Under the pieces are notes generated by a model. It was not told where the DNA came from. It searched no databases and was given only the letters and a program-made list of their open reading frames with translations. A program made the position numbers and the translations under genes. Below are positions 31,854 to 41,416 of a stretch of DNA of 64,000 bases, one piece after another; position 1 is the stretch's first letter, and each line of letters opens with the position of its first letter. The stretch comes from an uncultured Desulfobacter sp. (GTDB taxonomy: Bacteria > Desulfobacterota > Desulfobacteria > Desulfobacterales > Desulfobacteraceae). Location: NCBI GenBank assembly GCA_963665095.1, contig OY762069.1:992001-1056000 (forward strand), read 5' to 3'.

Positions 31854-33098
31854 TTATTTAAAATATTTCAGCGCCAGCCTGGCTGTCCTGTCCGGACGAA
31901 TATCAGAAACCAGCCTGACCGCAATACTGCGCCGGCCCTCATTTAAAGTGAGCCGGGTTCCCATGGCAAGGGGTTGATTTACCATAACAAACCCGCAGGC
32001 AAGCCCCTTTATCGCAACACCCGGGCCAAGATCAGGGGTGTTGATGCTGACAATCCGGTCTTCCTGCCAGGTGATTGCCATGTCTGTGGCGCAGGTCAGC
32101 ACCCGGCCGATATCCTCTTTATTTTCAGTCAATACCCTGCTTTTTTCACCGGAACTGACTTTTCGTAACGTATCCCCAACAAAGGCATAGGTAAATTGGG
32201 GATTTTGCTGACGGATCAGACTGGCTGCGCCTAAAAACGATTTGGAAAATTGTCCGGTATCCGGATGACAGGGCAGGGCAAACATCCAGGGGTGATTGAA
32301 AAAAACAAATGGACCGATATCCTGATGGGACAGGGGCAGACAGGCTCCGGCCCTAAGGGAGTCCCTCGCGCCGAGGCCGCAGGGGATCAGATTATAGGGA
32401 TTTCCAGCTTTAAGCAGATCACACCACAACTGTTCCACAGCATCCGGGGAAACAAATAGTTCAAATCCAAATTCGCCTGTGTATCCGGTTCTTGAGACAA
32501 TAACAGGGGTGCCGTCCATCAACGTCACCTGCCCGGGTGCGTCCGGGTCAGGATCTCCTTTAAAAGAAAAATAGGGCATTTCGTGAAAAACAGAGTCGTT
32601 GTCCTTTATCAGGTCGGCCACAATCCGCAATGCATTTTTACCCTGGACATCCACCTTGGCAAGCCTGCCTGACAGATCTGTAACTTCCACATGTTTGCCA
32701 TCGCCATGGTCACAAAGGTGCCGGGTAATACGTTCGCCCATGCCGGCATTGACACAGACCATAAAACGGTTGTCAGAAAACTTGTACACAATGGCATCAT
32801 CAATACAAAGACCTTCGGCAGTTAAAAAAGCCCCGTAAACACAGCGCCCAGGGGAAAGCTCACTGATATCCCTTGTGAGAAGAAAATCAAGAAGTGCCGC
32901 ACTGTCAATACCATGAACCCGGATACAGTCCATATGTGACGTATCAAAAATCCCGGCAGACTGAAGCACGGCAAGGTGTTCGTTTTTAACACCTGAATCA
33001 TACCACAGCGGCATGTCAAATCCCCCGAAATCAGCCATATTGGCGCCTGTTTTTCTGTGCCAGCTGTTTAATGGTGTTTTTTTAAGATTGTCGGTCAT
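31854..33098 (-). CDS. gcvT: Glycine cleavage system aminomethyltransferase T
   Basis: KTPL, FDTSHM, RTGYTGEFGFE, GLGARDSLR; gcv operon context. Confidence 0.88.
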   Translation of the reverse strand: MTDNLKKTPLNSWHRKTGANMADFGGFDMPLWYDSGVKNEHLAVLQSAGIFDTSHMDCIRVHGIDSAALLDFLLTRDISELSPGRCVYGAFLTAEGLCIDDAIVYKFSDNRFMVCVNAGMGERITRHLCDHGDGKHVEVTDLSGRLAKVDVQGKNALRIVADLIKDNDSVFHEMPYFSFKGDPDPDAPGQVTLMDGTPVIVSRTGYTGEFGFELFVSPDAVEQLWCDLLKAGNPYNLIPCGLGARDSLRAGACLPLSHQDIGPFVFFNHPWMFALPCHPDTGQFSKSFLGAASLIRQQNPQFTYAFVGDTLRKVSSGEKSRVLTENKEDIGRVLTCATDMAITWQEDRIVSINTPDLGPGVAIKGLACGFVMVNQPLAMGTRLTLNEGRRSIAVRLVSDIRPDRTARLALKYFK

Positions 33099-33115
33099 GG
33101 CATGGTTCCCTCTCA

Positions 33116-33559
33116 TTAATAAATATATGGCACTTTAAGGTTGTAGGACTTATACACCACAAAGGTTTCAACAGAGGCGATTCCCTCCACCTGAGAAATT
33201 TCATCAGTATAAAACTCAAGCAGACCAAACTCTTTTTTAAACAGCACCAGCACCATAAGATCGTATCGTCCGGTTACAACGGAAACGGAAATAACGCCTT
33301 TAAGCCGGCTGATCTCTTCGCCTTTATCCACCAGATTCATCGCCGACAGTTTGATGCCAACAATAACGGTTTTATGCCCCGGCAGCATGGCTGGGTCCAC
33401 CAGGCCGCAGATGTCGAATATTCCTTCTTCCTGCAGCTTGATAACCCTTGTACGCACCGTGTTTTCCGTTATTCCCAGTTTATCCGCTATTCTTTTGAAG
33501 GATTTTTTACCCTCTTTAAGTTCTCTGATAATATTAATATTGGTGTCGTCAATTTTCAT
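33116..33559 (-). CDS. Lrp/AsnC family regulator
   Basis: HTH IADKLGITENTVRTRV; VTGRYD in the RAM domain. Confidence 0.9.
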   Translation of the reverse strand: MKIDDTNINIIRELKEGKKSFKRIADKLGITENTVRTRVIKLQEEGIFDICGLVDPAMLPGHKTVIVGIKLSAMNLVDKGEEISRLKGVISVSVVTGRYDLMVLVLFKKEFGLLEFYTDEISQVEGIASVETFVVYKSYNLKVPYIY

Positions 33560-33766
33560 TTTATCACTTTTTTAAACAAATATTTTTGGAAATAATCAAT
33601 TATTGGAATTCTTTATTCTTCATCAATACCGTACCCCCTGGGATGTGTCAAATATAATTTATGGTTTTTTGATGATATTCAAAAATATCTTGGATAAAAT
33701 TATAGGAATTATATATATTTCATTTCAATTTTAATGAAATTAATCTCTTTATAAGTGAGGAATGCC

Positions 33767-35209
33767 ATGAAAAACAGAATCTGTATCATTGGTGGCGGAC
33801 CAGGCGGATATACAGCAGCTCTCAGGGCAGCAGGCTTAGGTGCACAGGTCACCCTGATTGAAAAGGCGCATCTTGGAGGCACCTGCCTGAATTACGGCTG
33901 TATTCCATCTAAAATCATGAAACATTCTGCCGATTGTCTGCTTAACTGCCTTAAGGCCGGCAGTATGGGGCTGCAGATCGCAGGATCCATTGCACCTGAC
34001 ATGACGGCCATTATGCAACGAAAAGAAAAAATTGTTGGGACCCAGAGAAAGGGGATTGCCGGATTGCTGCAAAAAGCGGGAGTCCAGACGCTTTCAGGCC
34101 GGGCAAAAATTGCGGGTAAGACAATAATTGACGTGGTAACCAAGGATGGGGAGTCCTTGACTATCGATTATGACAAACTCATCATTGCCACGGGAACGGT
34201 TCCCTTAGATATCCCGAATTTCCCCTTTGATCATGAACAGATCCTCTCCTCAAATGATATTTTGTCCCTGGAAACTATCCCCGGTGCCTTGACCATTGTG
34301 GGTGGAGGTGTTATCGGGTGTGAATTTGCATGTATATTCAATGCCCTTGGCAGTCAGGTAACCATTGTGGAAGCCATGGACAGGATTCTGCCTCTGCCTT
34401 CGGTGGATGCCAATTGTTCAAGGCTGCTGCTGCGTGAGATGAAAAAACGTAAAATCAAAGTATTGTGCAATACAGTGGTGACCCGGGCTGAAAAATCAGA
34501 ATCAGGTCTTGATATCACTCTTGATGTCAGTCCCTTTTGTTCCAATGAAAACAAACAGCCTAAAATCCACAGCATCTCTTCCCAGATAATGGCGGTGTGT
34601 ATCGGCAGGCGTCCGGCAGCAGAGGACCTTGGCATTGAAAATATCGGATTGGCAGCGGATAAAGGCGGATGGATTCCCGTCAATGAATATATGGAAACCG
34701 GTGTTGACAATGTTTACGCCATCGGCGATATATTAGGCCCGGATCATGTGATGCTGGCCCATGTGGCATCACATGAAGGGCTTGTGGCAGGGAGCAATGC
34801 CGCAGGACAACCCGGGGAGCCCAGAGTGGCCATGTCCTATGATGCTGTGCCCGGTGCCATTTTTACAATGCCTGAAGTGGGTACGGTGGGGCTGACTGAA
34901 GATCAGGCAAAGGACATCGGAATTATGGTGGAAACTGCCACCGTCAATTTCAGAGTTCTGGGTAAAGCCCACGCCATTGACGAGATTGCCGGTGAGACCA
35001 AGATGATCATAGAAAAAGTTTCCGGAAAAATTTTAGGCGTTCACATGGTAGGGCCCCATGCCACTGACCTGATCGCCGAAGCGGTACTGGCAGTAAAGAA
35101 AGGGCTAACAGCCCGGGATCTGGCTGAAACCATCCATGCCCATCCCACCCTGGCGGAAATCATGGGAGAAACGGCCTTAAAAGTGAGCGGTACCCCCCTG
35201 CATGGGTGA
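33767..35209 (+). CDS. lpdA: Dihydrolipoyl dehydrogenase
   Basis: GGGPGGY, GGTCLNYGCIPSK, HAHPTLAE; divergent from the gcv operon. Confidence 0.95.
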   Translation: MKNRICIIGGGPGGYTAALRAAGLGAQVTLIEKAHLGGTCLNYGCIPSKIMKHSADCLLNCLKAGSMGLQIAGSIAPDMTAIMQRKEKIVGTQRKGIAGLLQKAGVQTLSGRAKIAGKTIIDVVTKDGESLTIDYDKLIIATGTVPLDIPNFPFDHEQILSSNDILSLETIPGALTIVGGGVIGCEFACIFNALGSQVTIVEAMDRILPLPSVDANCSRLLLREMKKRKIKVLCNTVVTRAEKSESGLDITLDVSPFCSNENKQPKIHSISSQIMAVCIGRRPAAEDLGIENIGLAADKGGWIPVNEYMETGVDNVYAIGDILGPDHVMLAHVASHEGLVAGSNAAGQPGEPRVAMSYDAVPGAIFTMPEVGTVGLTEDQAKDIGIMVETATVNFRVLGKAHAIDEIAGETKMIIEKVSGKILGVHMVGPHATDLIAEAVLAVKKGLTARDLAETIHAHPTLAEIMGETALKVSGTPLHG

Positions 35210-35324
35210 GTTTATTAAAAAAATAGGGTGTTACGGTTGTGTCACCAGCGAAACCTAATATCAAGCTGGTTAGCGATAGAACTTTTTAATTTTTTTCAAT
35301 TTTAAAACAGGAAGATAAATAAAG

Positions 35325-36530
35325 ATGGAAAACCAATGGCATTTTGATCAGGTCATTGACAGATCAAACAGTGGTTCGGAAAAATGGGAGCCCTGTGTGC
35401 TTGAACAAAAATTCGGCAAAGGCCGTGGCAACCTTTTACCCTTATGGGTGGCTGATATGGATTTTCTTTGTCCGGATGTGATTGTCAGTGCCATGGAACA
35501 GCGCCTGTCCCACAGGGTATTTGGCTACAGCCTGAATGACACCCGGCACAATGCCGCCCTGATCAACTGGTTTGAACGCAGGCATACCTGGCAGATCCAG
35601 GAGGAGACAATTGCCCACACACCAGGCATTGTGCCTGCCGTGCACTATATGATTCAGTGTTTCACCAAACCCGGTGACGGGGTGCTGATCCAGCCGCCGG
35701 TTTATTATCCCTTTGCCCAGGCCATTAAAACCAACGGCAGACAGGTGGTTGAAAATCCTTTGATACTGTCAAAGGGCCGGTATGACATGGATTTTCAAGA
35801 CCTTGCGGCCAAGGTGAAGGACTCCAGGGTGAAACTGGCTATCCTGTGTTCGCCGCATAACCCGGTGGGAAGGGTCTGGACCCGTGGTGAGCTTGAAGAG
35901 TTTGGCAGGATTTGTATTGATAATGACGTGCTAATCTTTGCTGACGAAATACATTGCGATTTAGTTATGCCCGGATTTAAACATACCAGTTTTCAAAGCA
36001 TTTCATCACATCTGGCCCAAGGCTCCATTGCTGCCAATGCCGCATCAAAAACATTTAATCTGGCGGGACTTGGCTTTTCAAATCTGATTATTCCCAACGA
36101 GAAGCAGCGCAAGGAGATGGGCCGTTTTTTTAACGGTATGGGAATGGATTCCCGGGGTACGGCCAATCTTTTTGGAGCCATTGCAGCCCGGGCCGCCTAT
36201 GAAGGAGCGGAGCCCTGGTTGAATGATCTGATCACCTATCTGCATGCCAACTATCTATATCTGAAAGAGACCATTGAAAAAGAACTACCAAACGTTCATG
36301 TGTTTAATCTTGAAGCCACCTATCTGCCATGGATTGATCTGAATCCTATGGGGCTTTCGCCCCAAGAAATCATCAGGGTAATTGAGGAAAAAGCCGGGAT
36401 TGCCCTGGATCACGGCGACTGGTTCGGCAAAAGCGGGGCAGGATTTGAACGGATCAACATTGCCTGTCCAAGACAGAACCTGTCTAAAGCGGTAACAGCA
36501 CTGACAGATGCGTTCAAACCCTTTCTTTAA
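35325..36530 (+). CDS. MalY/PatB family PLP-dependent C-S lyase
   Basis: PLWVADMDF, CSPHNPVG, DEIH, SKTFNLAG, EATYLPW, RINIAC. Confidence 0.9.
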   Translation: MENQWHFDQVIDRSNSGSEKWEPCVLEQKFGKGRGNLLPLWVADMDFLCPDVIVSAMEQRLSHRVFGYSLNDTRHNAALINWFERRHTWQIQEETIAHTPGIVPAVHYMIQCFTKPGDGVLIQPPVYYPFAQAIKTNGRQVVENPLILSKGRYDMDFQDLAAKVKDSRVKLAILCSPHNPVGRVWTRGELEEFGRICIDNDVLIFADEIHCDLVMPGFKHTSFQSISSHLAQGSIAANAASKTFNLAGLGFSNLIIPNEKQRKEMGRFFNGMGMDSRGTANLFGAIAARAAYEGAEPWLNDLITYLHANYLYLKETIEKELPNVHVFNLEATYLPWIDLNPMGLSPQEIIRVIEEKAGIALDHGDWFGKSGAGFERINIACPRQNLSKAVTALTDAFKPFL

Positions 36531-36540
36531 AAGAGGAATT

Positions 36541-37662
36541 CTAACTGATGGGCGGATTTACGTCAAATTCGCTCATTTTATATAAAAGTGTTTTATAGGA
36601 TACCTTTAAAATTTTAGCGGCTCTTGAGCGGTTCCATCCGACCTTTTCCAGCACAAATGTGATGACCTCTTTTTCAACTTTATCGGATGCCAGTTTTTTT
36701 ATCTTTTTCAGCGAAATATCTTCAAACAGCTTATCTGAACTTGTGGAGAGGTCAACGAATTCTGAAATGATTCGCAACCGTTCATTATTGGTTTCATTGT
36801 GATAGGGATGCGGTACCGGGGCAATCGCCGGGGGAATGCCTGGCTGCTGAGGCATGCCATTGAAGGCACCCATCTGATTTTCAGAAGGAATCGCCGCGCT
36901 CCTGGATGATTCCTTGGGTAATTCCTCAAAGATCTTACTCCAGGAATTAATCACCATCTGTTTTTTTATACAGTTCTGCAGCTGGCGCACATTGCCTGGC
37001 CAAGGATAATTGCACAGCCGTGTCAGGGCATCGGAGTCCGGCTTGCTGGCATCAGCCTCCGGGTATTCAGCGCTGTATTTTTTAAAATAATACTCAATCA
37101 GGGCGGGAATATCTTCGGACCGTTCGCGAAGGGGAGGAATATCTATTTTTATGATATTGAGCCTGTAGAAAAGGTCTTCTCTGAACTCTTTATTTTTTAT
37201 GCGCTCTTCAAGGTTGTGATTGGTGGCGGCGATGACCCACACGTCAGTTTTAAAATCCTGGTCAGACCCAAGTGGTGAAAATTCCCCGCTTTGCAGCACG
37301 TGGAGCATTTTGGATTGGAGCGGAAGGGGCATATCACCAATTTCGTCTAAAAAAAGCACCCCTTTATCCGCAGTTAAAAATTTACCCTGACGTTTTTTAT
37401 GAGCCCCTGTAAATGCCCCTTTTTCATAACCGTAAAGTTCAGATTCCAGCAGGGTTTCAGGCAGAGCAGCGCAATTTATTTTTACAAAATTTTTATCAGA
37501 ACGGGGAGATTCCGAATACAGGCTTTGGGCAACAACCTCCTTCCCAACACCGGTCTCTCCTGTAATCAAAACATTAAGACAGGTTTTGGCAACGTGATTG
37601 ATTAACTCCTTTATTTTGAGCATTGAAGGACTGACGCCTATCATCGGGGTAGCTGAATTCAT
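36541..37662 (-). CDS. Sigma54-dependent activator (AAA+ and Fis HTH, no N-terminal sensor)
   Basis: GETGVGKE, GAFTGA, FLDEIG, YPWPGNVRQL, WNRSRAAKIL. Confidence 0.92.
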   Translation of the reverse strand: MNSATPMIGVSPSMLKIKELINHVAKTCLNVLITGETGVGKEVVAQSLYSESPRSDKNFVKINCAALPETLLESELYGYEKGAFTGAHKKRQGKFLTADKGVLFLDEIGDMPLPLQSKMLHVLQSGEFSPLGSDQDFKTDVWVIAATNHNLEERIKNKEFREDLFYRLNIIKIDIPPLRERSEDIPALIEYYFKKYSAEYPEADASKPDSDALTRLCNYPWPGNVRQLQNCIKKQMVINSWSKIFEELPKESSRSAAIPSENQMGAFNGMPQQPGIPPAIAPVPHPYHNETNNERLRIISEFVDLSTSSDKLFEDISLKKIKKLASDKVEKEVITFVLEKVGWNRSRAAKILKVSYKTLLYKMSEFDVNPPIS

Positions 37663-37674
37663 AACTTAAATTTT

Positions 37675-38055
37675 CTATTCCTTTTGCAGACCAAGAAGTT
37701 CATTAACTTTCTGTTCAATTGTAAACAAGTCAACAGGTTTAAAAAGAACAAGATCGGCCTTGGCTTCAGAAGCAAGCGCACCCGGTTGGTCACCATACCC
37801 TGTCATAGCAATGGTTTTGAGATCCGGAAATTCGTTTTTTACAATTGATATCAACCCGACACCACTGATGTTAGGCATGACAAGATCTGTAATAAGACAA
37901 TTAAAAAAGGTAGGTTTATCACGCAGTATTTTTAACGCAGCAAATCCATCTACTGCCGTTTTTACCTCATACCCCAGGGAATTGAAAAACTCATAGAAAG
38001 TGGACAGGATGTCTTCGTTATCATCCACGATCAGAAGTCGAACTGGATCTGCCAT
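37675..38055 (-). CDS. Single-domain response regulator
   Basis: LIVDD, ITDLVMP, MTG, FKP. Confidence 0.92.
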   Translation of the reverse strand: MADPVRLLIVDDNEDILSTFYEFFNSLGYEVKTAVDGFAALKILRDKPTFFNCLITDLVMPNISGVGLISIVKNEFPDLKTIAMTGYGDQPGALASEAKADLVLFKPVDLFTIEQKVNELLGLQKE

Positions 38056-38480
38056 GTCAGCCTCTTATCAATGAAAATGGAAATCACTGTAGTCCATATA
38101 TCAATTATCTCAATACATGCAAGGAAAAAATTTACATTATGAAAAAAATGTCCTAGTGTAGGAGACTGACATCTAAATAAATTAGACGATTTACCCTTGT
38201 CAAGCACCTGTTAAGAAACTGGATACCTTTTTAAAACAGGCACCTATACACCTGATCAACACGCCTTTCACTAAACCAAAGGGTGCAAACTTAAAGCGTC
38301 ATCTATCTTGCCATAATTTTATATACGTATTATAAAGATCGTTCGCACATAGCTTGGCTGTGCAAAATACCCAAGTATCAAGATGACACCCTGGCAGAAA
38401 ACTGCACACAATTATGACAACTTCCTTCTGTCAGGCAGGCGTTAAAACAGACAAAAATTTTAGATAGACAAGGAAATCCA

Positions 38481-39494
38481 ATGAAGAGATCCATTATTAA
38501 GGGAACCGGTTTCTATGTTCCGCCGCATATTGTAACTAACGAAGATCTGACTAAAATCATGGACACCTCGGACGAATGGATCCGCCAGCGCACAGGTATT
38601 CGCGAACGTCGCTGGGTGACACAGGAGGACCTGCCCGGGACATCTGACCTTGGAACAAAAGCGGCCCGTATGGCAATGGATAAAGCCGGGTGGAAACCTG
38701 AAGATATTGACTTTATCATTTTTGCCACCTTGAGTCCGGATATCTTTTTTCCCGGAGGCGGATGCCTTCTGGCCAGGAACCTTGAACTTAATTCCACACC
38801 GGCGCTGGATATACGTCAGCAATGCACCGGTTTTTTATATGGCTTTGCCACGGCAGATGCCTATATCAGGGCCGGAATGGCATCAAAGGTACTTCTGGTT
38901 TGTGCGGAAGTGCACTCCACAGGACTTGACAAGTCCACCCGGGGACGTGATGTAACGGTAATCTTCGGGGATGGGGCAGCAGCCTTGTGTATTGAGGGCG
39001 TGGAAACCGATGAAAACGTCGGCCTGATTGCTTCGGCCCTGCATGCAGACGGTCATTTTGCCGAAGCGCTCATGACAGAACTGCCGGCCTCCAACCTTTT
39101 CAGACGCGTACCTGAGGATGCCACGCCTGATGACCCGAGATTTTATCCTGTGATGGACGGAGCAGCCATATTTAAAAAGGCGGTTCGAATGCTTCCGAAA
39201 GTTACCATGGAGGTGCTTGATAAAGCCGGTATGGAGTTGTCCGACATAGGTCTTGTGGTACCTCACCAGGCCAACAAACGGATAAACCAGGCATTTGGTC
39301 AGTTCCTCAAGGTGCCTGAAGACAAGGTGTTTCACAATATTGAAAAATACGGCAATACCACGGCAGCCAGTATTCCTTTAGCTCTTCACGAGGCCGTTGA
39401 TGCCGGACTGACAGGTAAACCCGGAGATGTTGTGCTGTTTGCCGCTTTCGGGGCAGGGCTCACCTGGGGCGCCTCCCTATATAAGTTCCCCTGA
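38481..39494 (+). CDS. fabH: 3-oxoacyl-ACP synthase III family
   Basis: DTSDEWI, QQCTGF, FGDGAAA, PHQAN, YGNTTAAS. Confidence 0.9.
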   Translation: MKRSIIKGTGFYVPPHIVTNEDLTKIMDTSDEWIRQRTGIRERRWVTQEDLPGTSDLGTKAARMAMDKAGWKPEDIDFIIFATLSPDIFFPGGGCLLARNLELNSTPALDIRQQCTGFLYGFATADAYIRAGMASKVLLVCAEVHSTGLDKSTRGRDVTVIFGDGAAALCIEGVETDENVGLIASALHADGHFAEALMTELPASNLFRRVPEDATPDDPRFYPVMDGAAIFKKAVRMLPKVTMEVLDKAGMELSDIGLVVPHQANKRINQAFGQFLKVPEDKVFHNIEKYGNTTAASIPLALHEAVDAGLTGKPGDVVLFAAFGAGLTWGASLYKFP

Positions 39495-39504
39495 TTAAGG
39501 AACA

Positions 39505-39539
39505 CAGCCTCTTTATGACAGCCGGTCATAAGGAGGCTG
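39505..39539. terminator. Hairpin between convergent fabH and pgi
   Basis: CAGCCTCTTTATGAC-agccg-GTCATAAGGAGGCTG. Confidence 0.65.
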
Positions 39540-39549
39540 CATGACAGAA

Positions 39550-41184
39550 TCAGGTTTCTTTGTATAAAAGATCCAGATAGAAGTTGTCACTGGCAGTTGG
39601 GCAATTAAAGGTATGAGACGGGTCCTGATTTTTTGCTGCCATCTGTTCTCTGATATCCTTTGCCATCACCTTGCCCAGTTCCACCCCGTACTGGTCAAAG
39701 GGATTAACGCCCAGGATAAATCCTTCCAACACTGTTCTGGCTTCATAAAAAGAGAGAAGCATCCCTATGCTTTCCGGTTCAAGATTGTCAACGGTGATGA
39801 TTGTTGAAGGCCTGTTTCCGTCAAAATTTCTGGCCGGATCTGTGCCTGTTCGGCCAAAGGCCAATGCCCCTGCCTGGGCAAGCAGATTTGCCCACAGCTC
39901 CTGGTGGTTTGTGACCCCTTTGGACAGGGCTTGAACACCGGTATATCCTGGTTTGCGGACTCCGATGAAATCAATGGGAAACGCGTTGCCCTGGTGCGCC
40001 AGCTGGAAAAACGAGTGCTGGGCATTGGTGCCTGGTTCACCAAAGATAACCGTACCGGCGGGCTGGATCAAAGTTTTGCCCTGATTAGAAACGGATTTAC
40101 CAAGGCTTTCCATATACAGCTGCTGTACATGGGGACTGAGCCTGGAAAGCCGCGAGGCATAGGGGATGATGGCCTGGGCCGGATACCCCATGTAAACGGT
40201 ATTCCATATGGAGATCAGGGCGGCAGTCAGTGCGATGTTTTCTTCAGGCGCACTTGTCAGCACATGGGTGTCCATGGCCCGGCAACCGTCAAGAAAACGC
40301 AGGAACTTGTCAAAACCCAGGGCAAGACTTAAGGGCAGGCCTCCCACGGCTGAAGATACCGAATACCTGCCGCCGATAAAGTCAAACATGTGAAAGGAGT
40401 CCAGCACGGGGGTGTCAGGATCATCTCCCGGACTTCCTTTGGCTGTGATGGTGACCATGTGATCCAGCGGGGATATGCCCTGTTCAGTCAGCCAGGCACT
40501 GACCTGATTCAGGTTGGCCATGGTTTCAGTGGTGGTGTAGGATTTGGAAATAATGATCCATAAGGTGGTTTCCACATCAATGGTCTCTGTTATACGGGCA
40601 AAATTATCTATATCCACATTGGGCAGAAACAGAAGATCCATTCTCCTGCCCGGTCCGGTTAATGCCTGATAAACAAATTCGCACCCGAGATATGATCCCC
40701 CGATGCCCACCACCACTGCCTGGGTAAATGGTTTTCCCGAGACAGAACAAATTTTTCCGGAATGGACGTTGGCGCAGAATTTTTTTATTTTGTCATTCAC
40801 CTGCTGTACTTCCTGCCTGACATTCATCCCCTTGAATTCAAGGGCATCCGGCCCGGTACCACGGGTGGCTGTATGCAGGGCTGCCCGCTTCTCTGTGGGG
40901 TTGGCAATGCTGCCGCAGGTCATCTCTTTAAACAGGTGCAGGGCCTTTGACAACGCTGCAGACTCGTGCAGAAGACCAAAGATCTCCCTGTCCATGCGCT
41001 GACGGGAAAAATCCATGAAAAAACCGTTTATACCAAGGGAAAAATCTTCAAACCGGCCTGGACGGCCCAGAAGATTTTTCAAGTGATTTTCAGACGCTGC
41101 CATTTGGCGGGCAGCCTGTTCAAGTTTTGCATCAAGGGTTTGAATGGAAGGGTCATCCGGAACGAGCAAACCGGCTGGGATCAT
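39550..41184 (-). CDS. pgi: Glucose-6-phosphate isomerase
   Basis: GIGGSYLG, SKSYTT, GGRYSV, QQLYMESLGK, GTNAQHSFFQ, FDQYGVELGK. Confidence 0.96.
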   Translation of the reverse strand: MIPAGLLVPDDPSIQTLDAKLEQAARQMAASENHLKNLLGRPGRFEDFSLGINGFFMDFSRQRMDREIFGLLHESAALSKALHLFKEMTCGSIANPTEKRAALHTATRGTGPDALEFKGMNVRQEVQQVNDKIKKFCANVHSGKICSVSGKPFTQAVVVGIGGSYLGCEFVYQALTGPGRRMDLLFLPNVDIDNFARITETIDVETTLWIIISKSYTTTETMANLNQVSAWLTEQGISPLDHMVTITAKGSPGDDPDTPVLDSFHMFDFIGGRYSVSSAVGGLPLSLALGFDKFLRFLDGCRAMDTHVLTSAPEENIALTAALISIWNTVYMGYPAQAIIPYASRLSRLSPHVQQLYMESLGKSVSNQGKTLIQPAGTVIFGEPGTNAQHSFFQLAHQGNAFPIDFIGVRKPGYTGVQALSKGVTNHQELWANLLAQAGALAFGRTGTDPARNFDGNRPSTIITVDNLEPESIGMLLSFYEARTVLEGFILGVNPFDQYGVELGKVMAKDIREQMAAKNQDPSHTFNCPTASDNFYLDLLYKET

Positions 41185-41416
41185 TTTTGTTCTCCTTGCA
41201 ATTGATGTTGACAGTCTTGGTTTGATGAAATTTTTCTTTAAATCAGGCCTGGCTGGAATAATAGTCAGAAGGCCTCTGCTTGTTTGAAATATACATCAGT
41301 TATAAAACAAAATTTACGTATAATAAAGTATGGTTGCAAGTTTTTGAAAAAACACCAGGCATCCTAGTTTTAAAAAAACTTGACAAGAATTGATCAAGGC
41401 TTCTAATACTTGTTCC

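Noticed and set aside
35210..35324. SAM or other riboswitch upstream of the MalY/PatB gene; glycine riboswitch at 33560-33766
   Set aside because: No recognisable conserved aptamer motifs; the regions are short or very AT-rich
37660..37677. REC TAG read through into the sigma54 activator
   Set aside because: A second in-frame TAA follows two codons later
38391..38407. CTGGCAGAAAACTGCAC as a sigma54 promoter for fabH
   Set aside because: GG-to-GC spacing is 9 nt rather than the required 10
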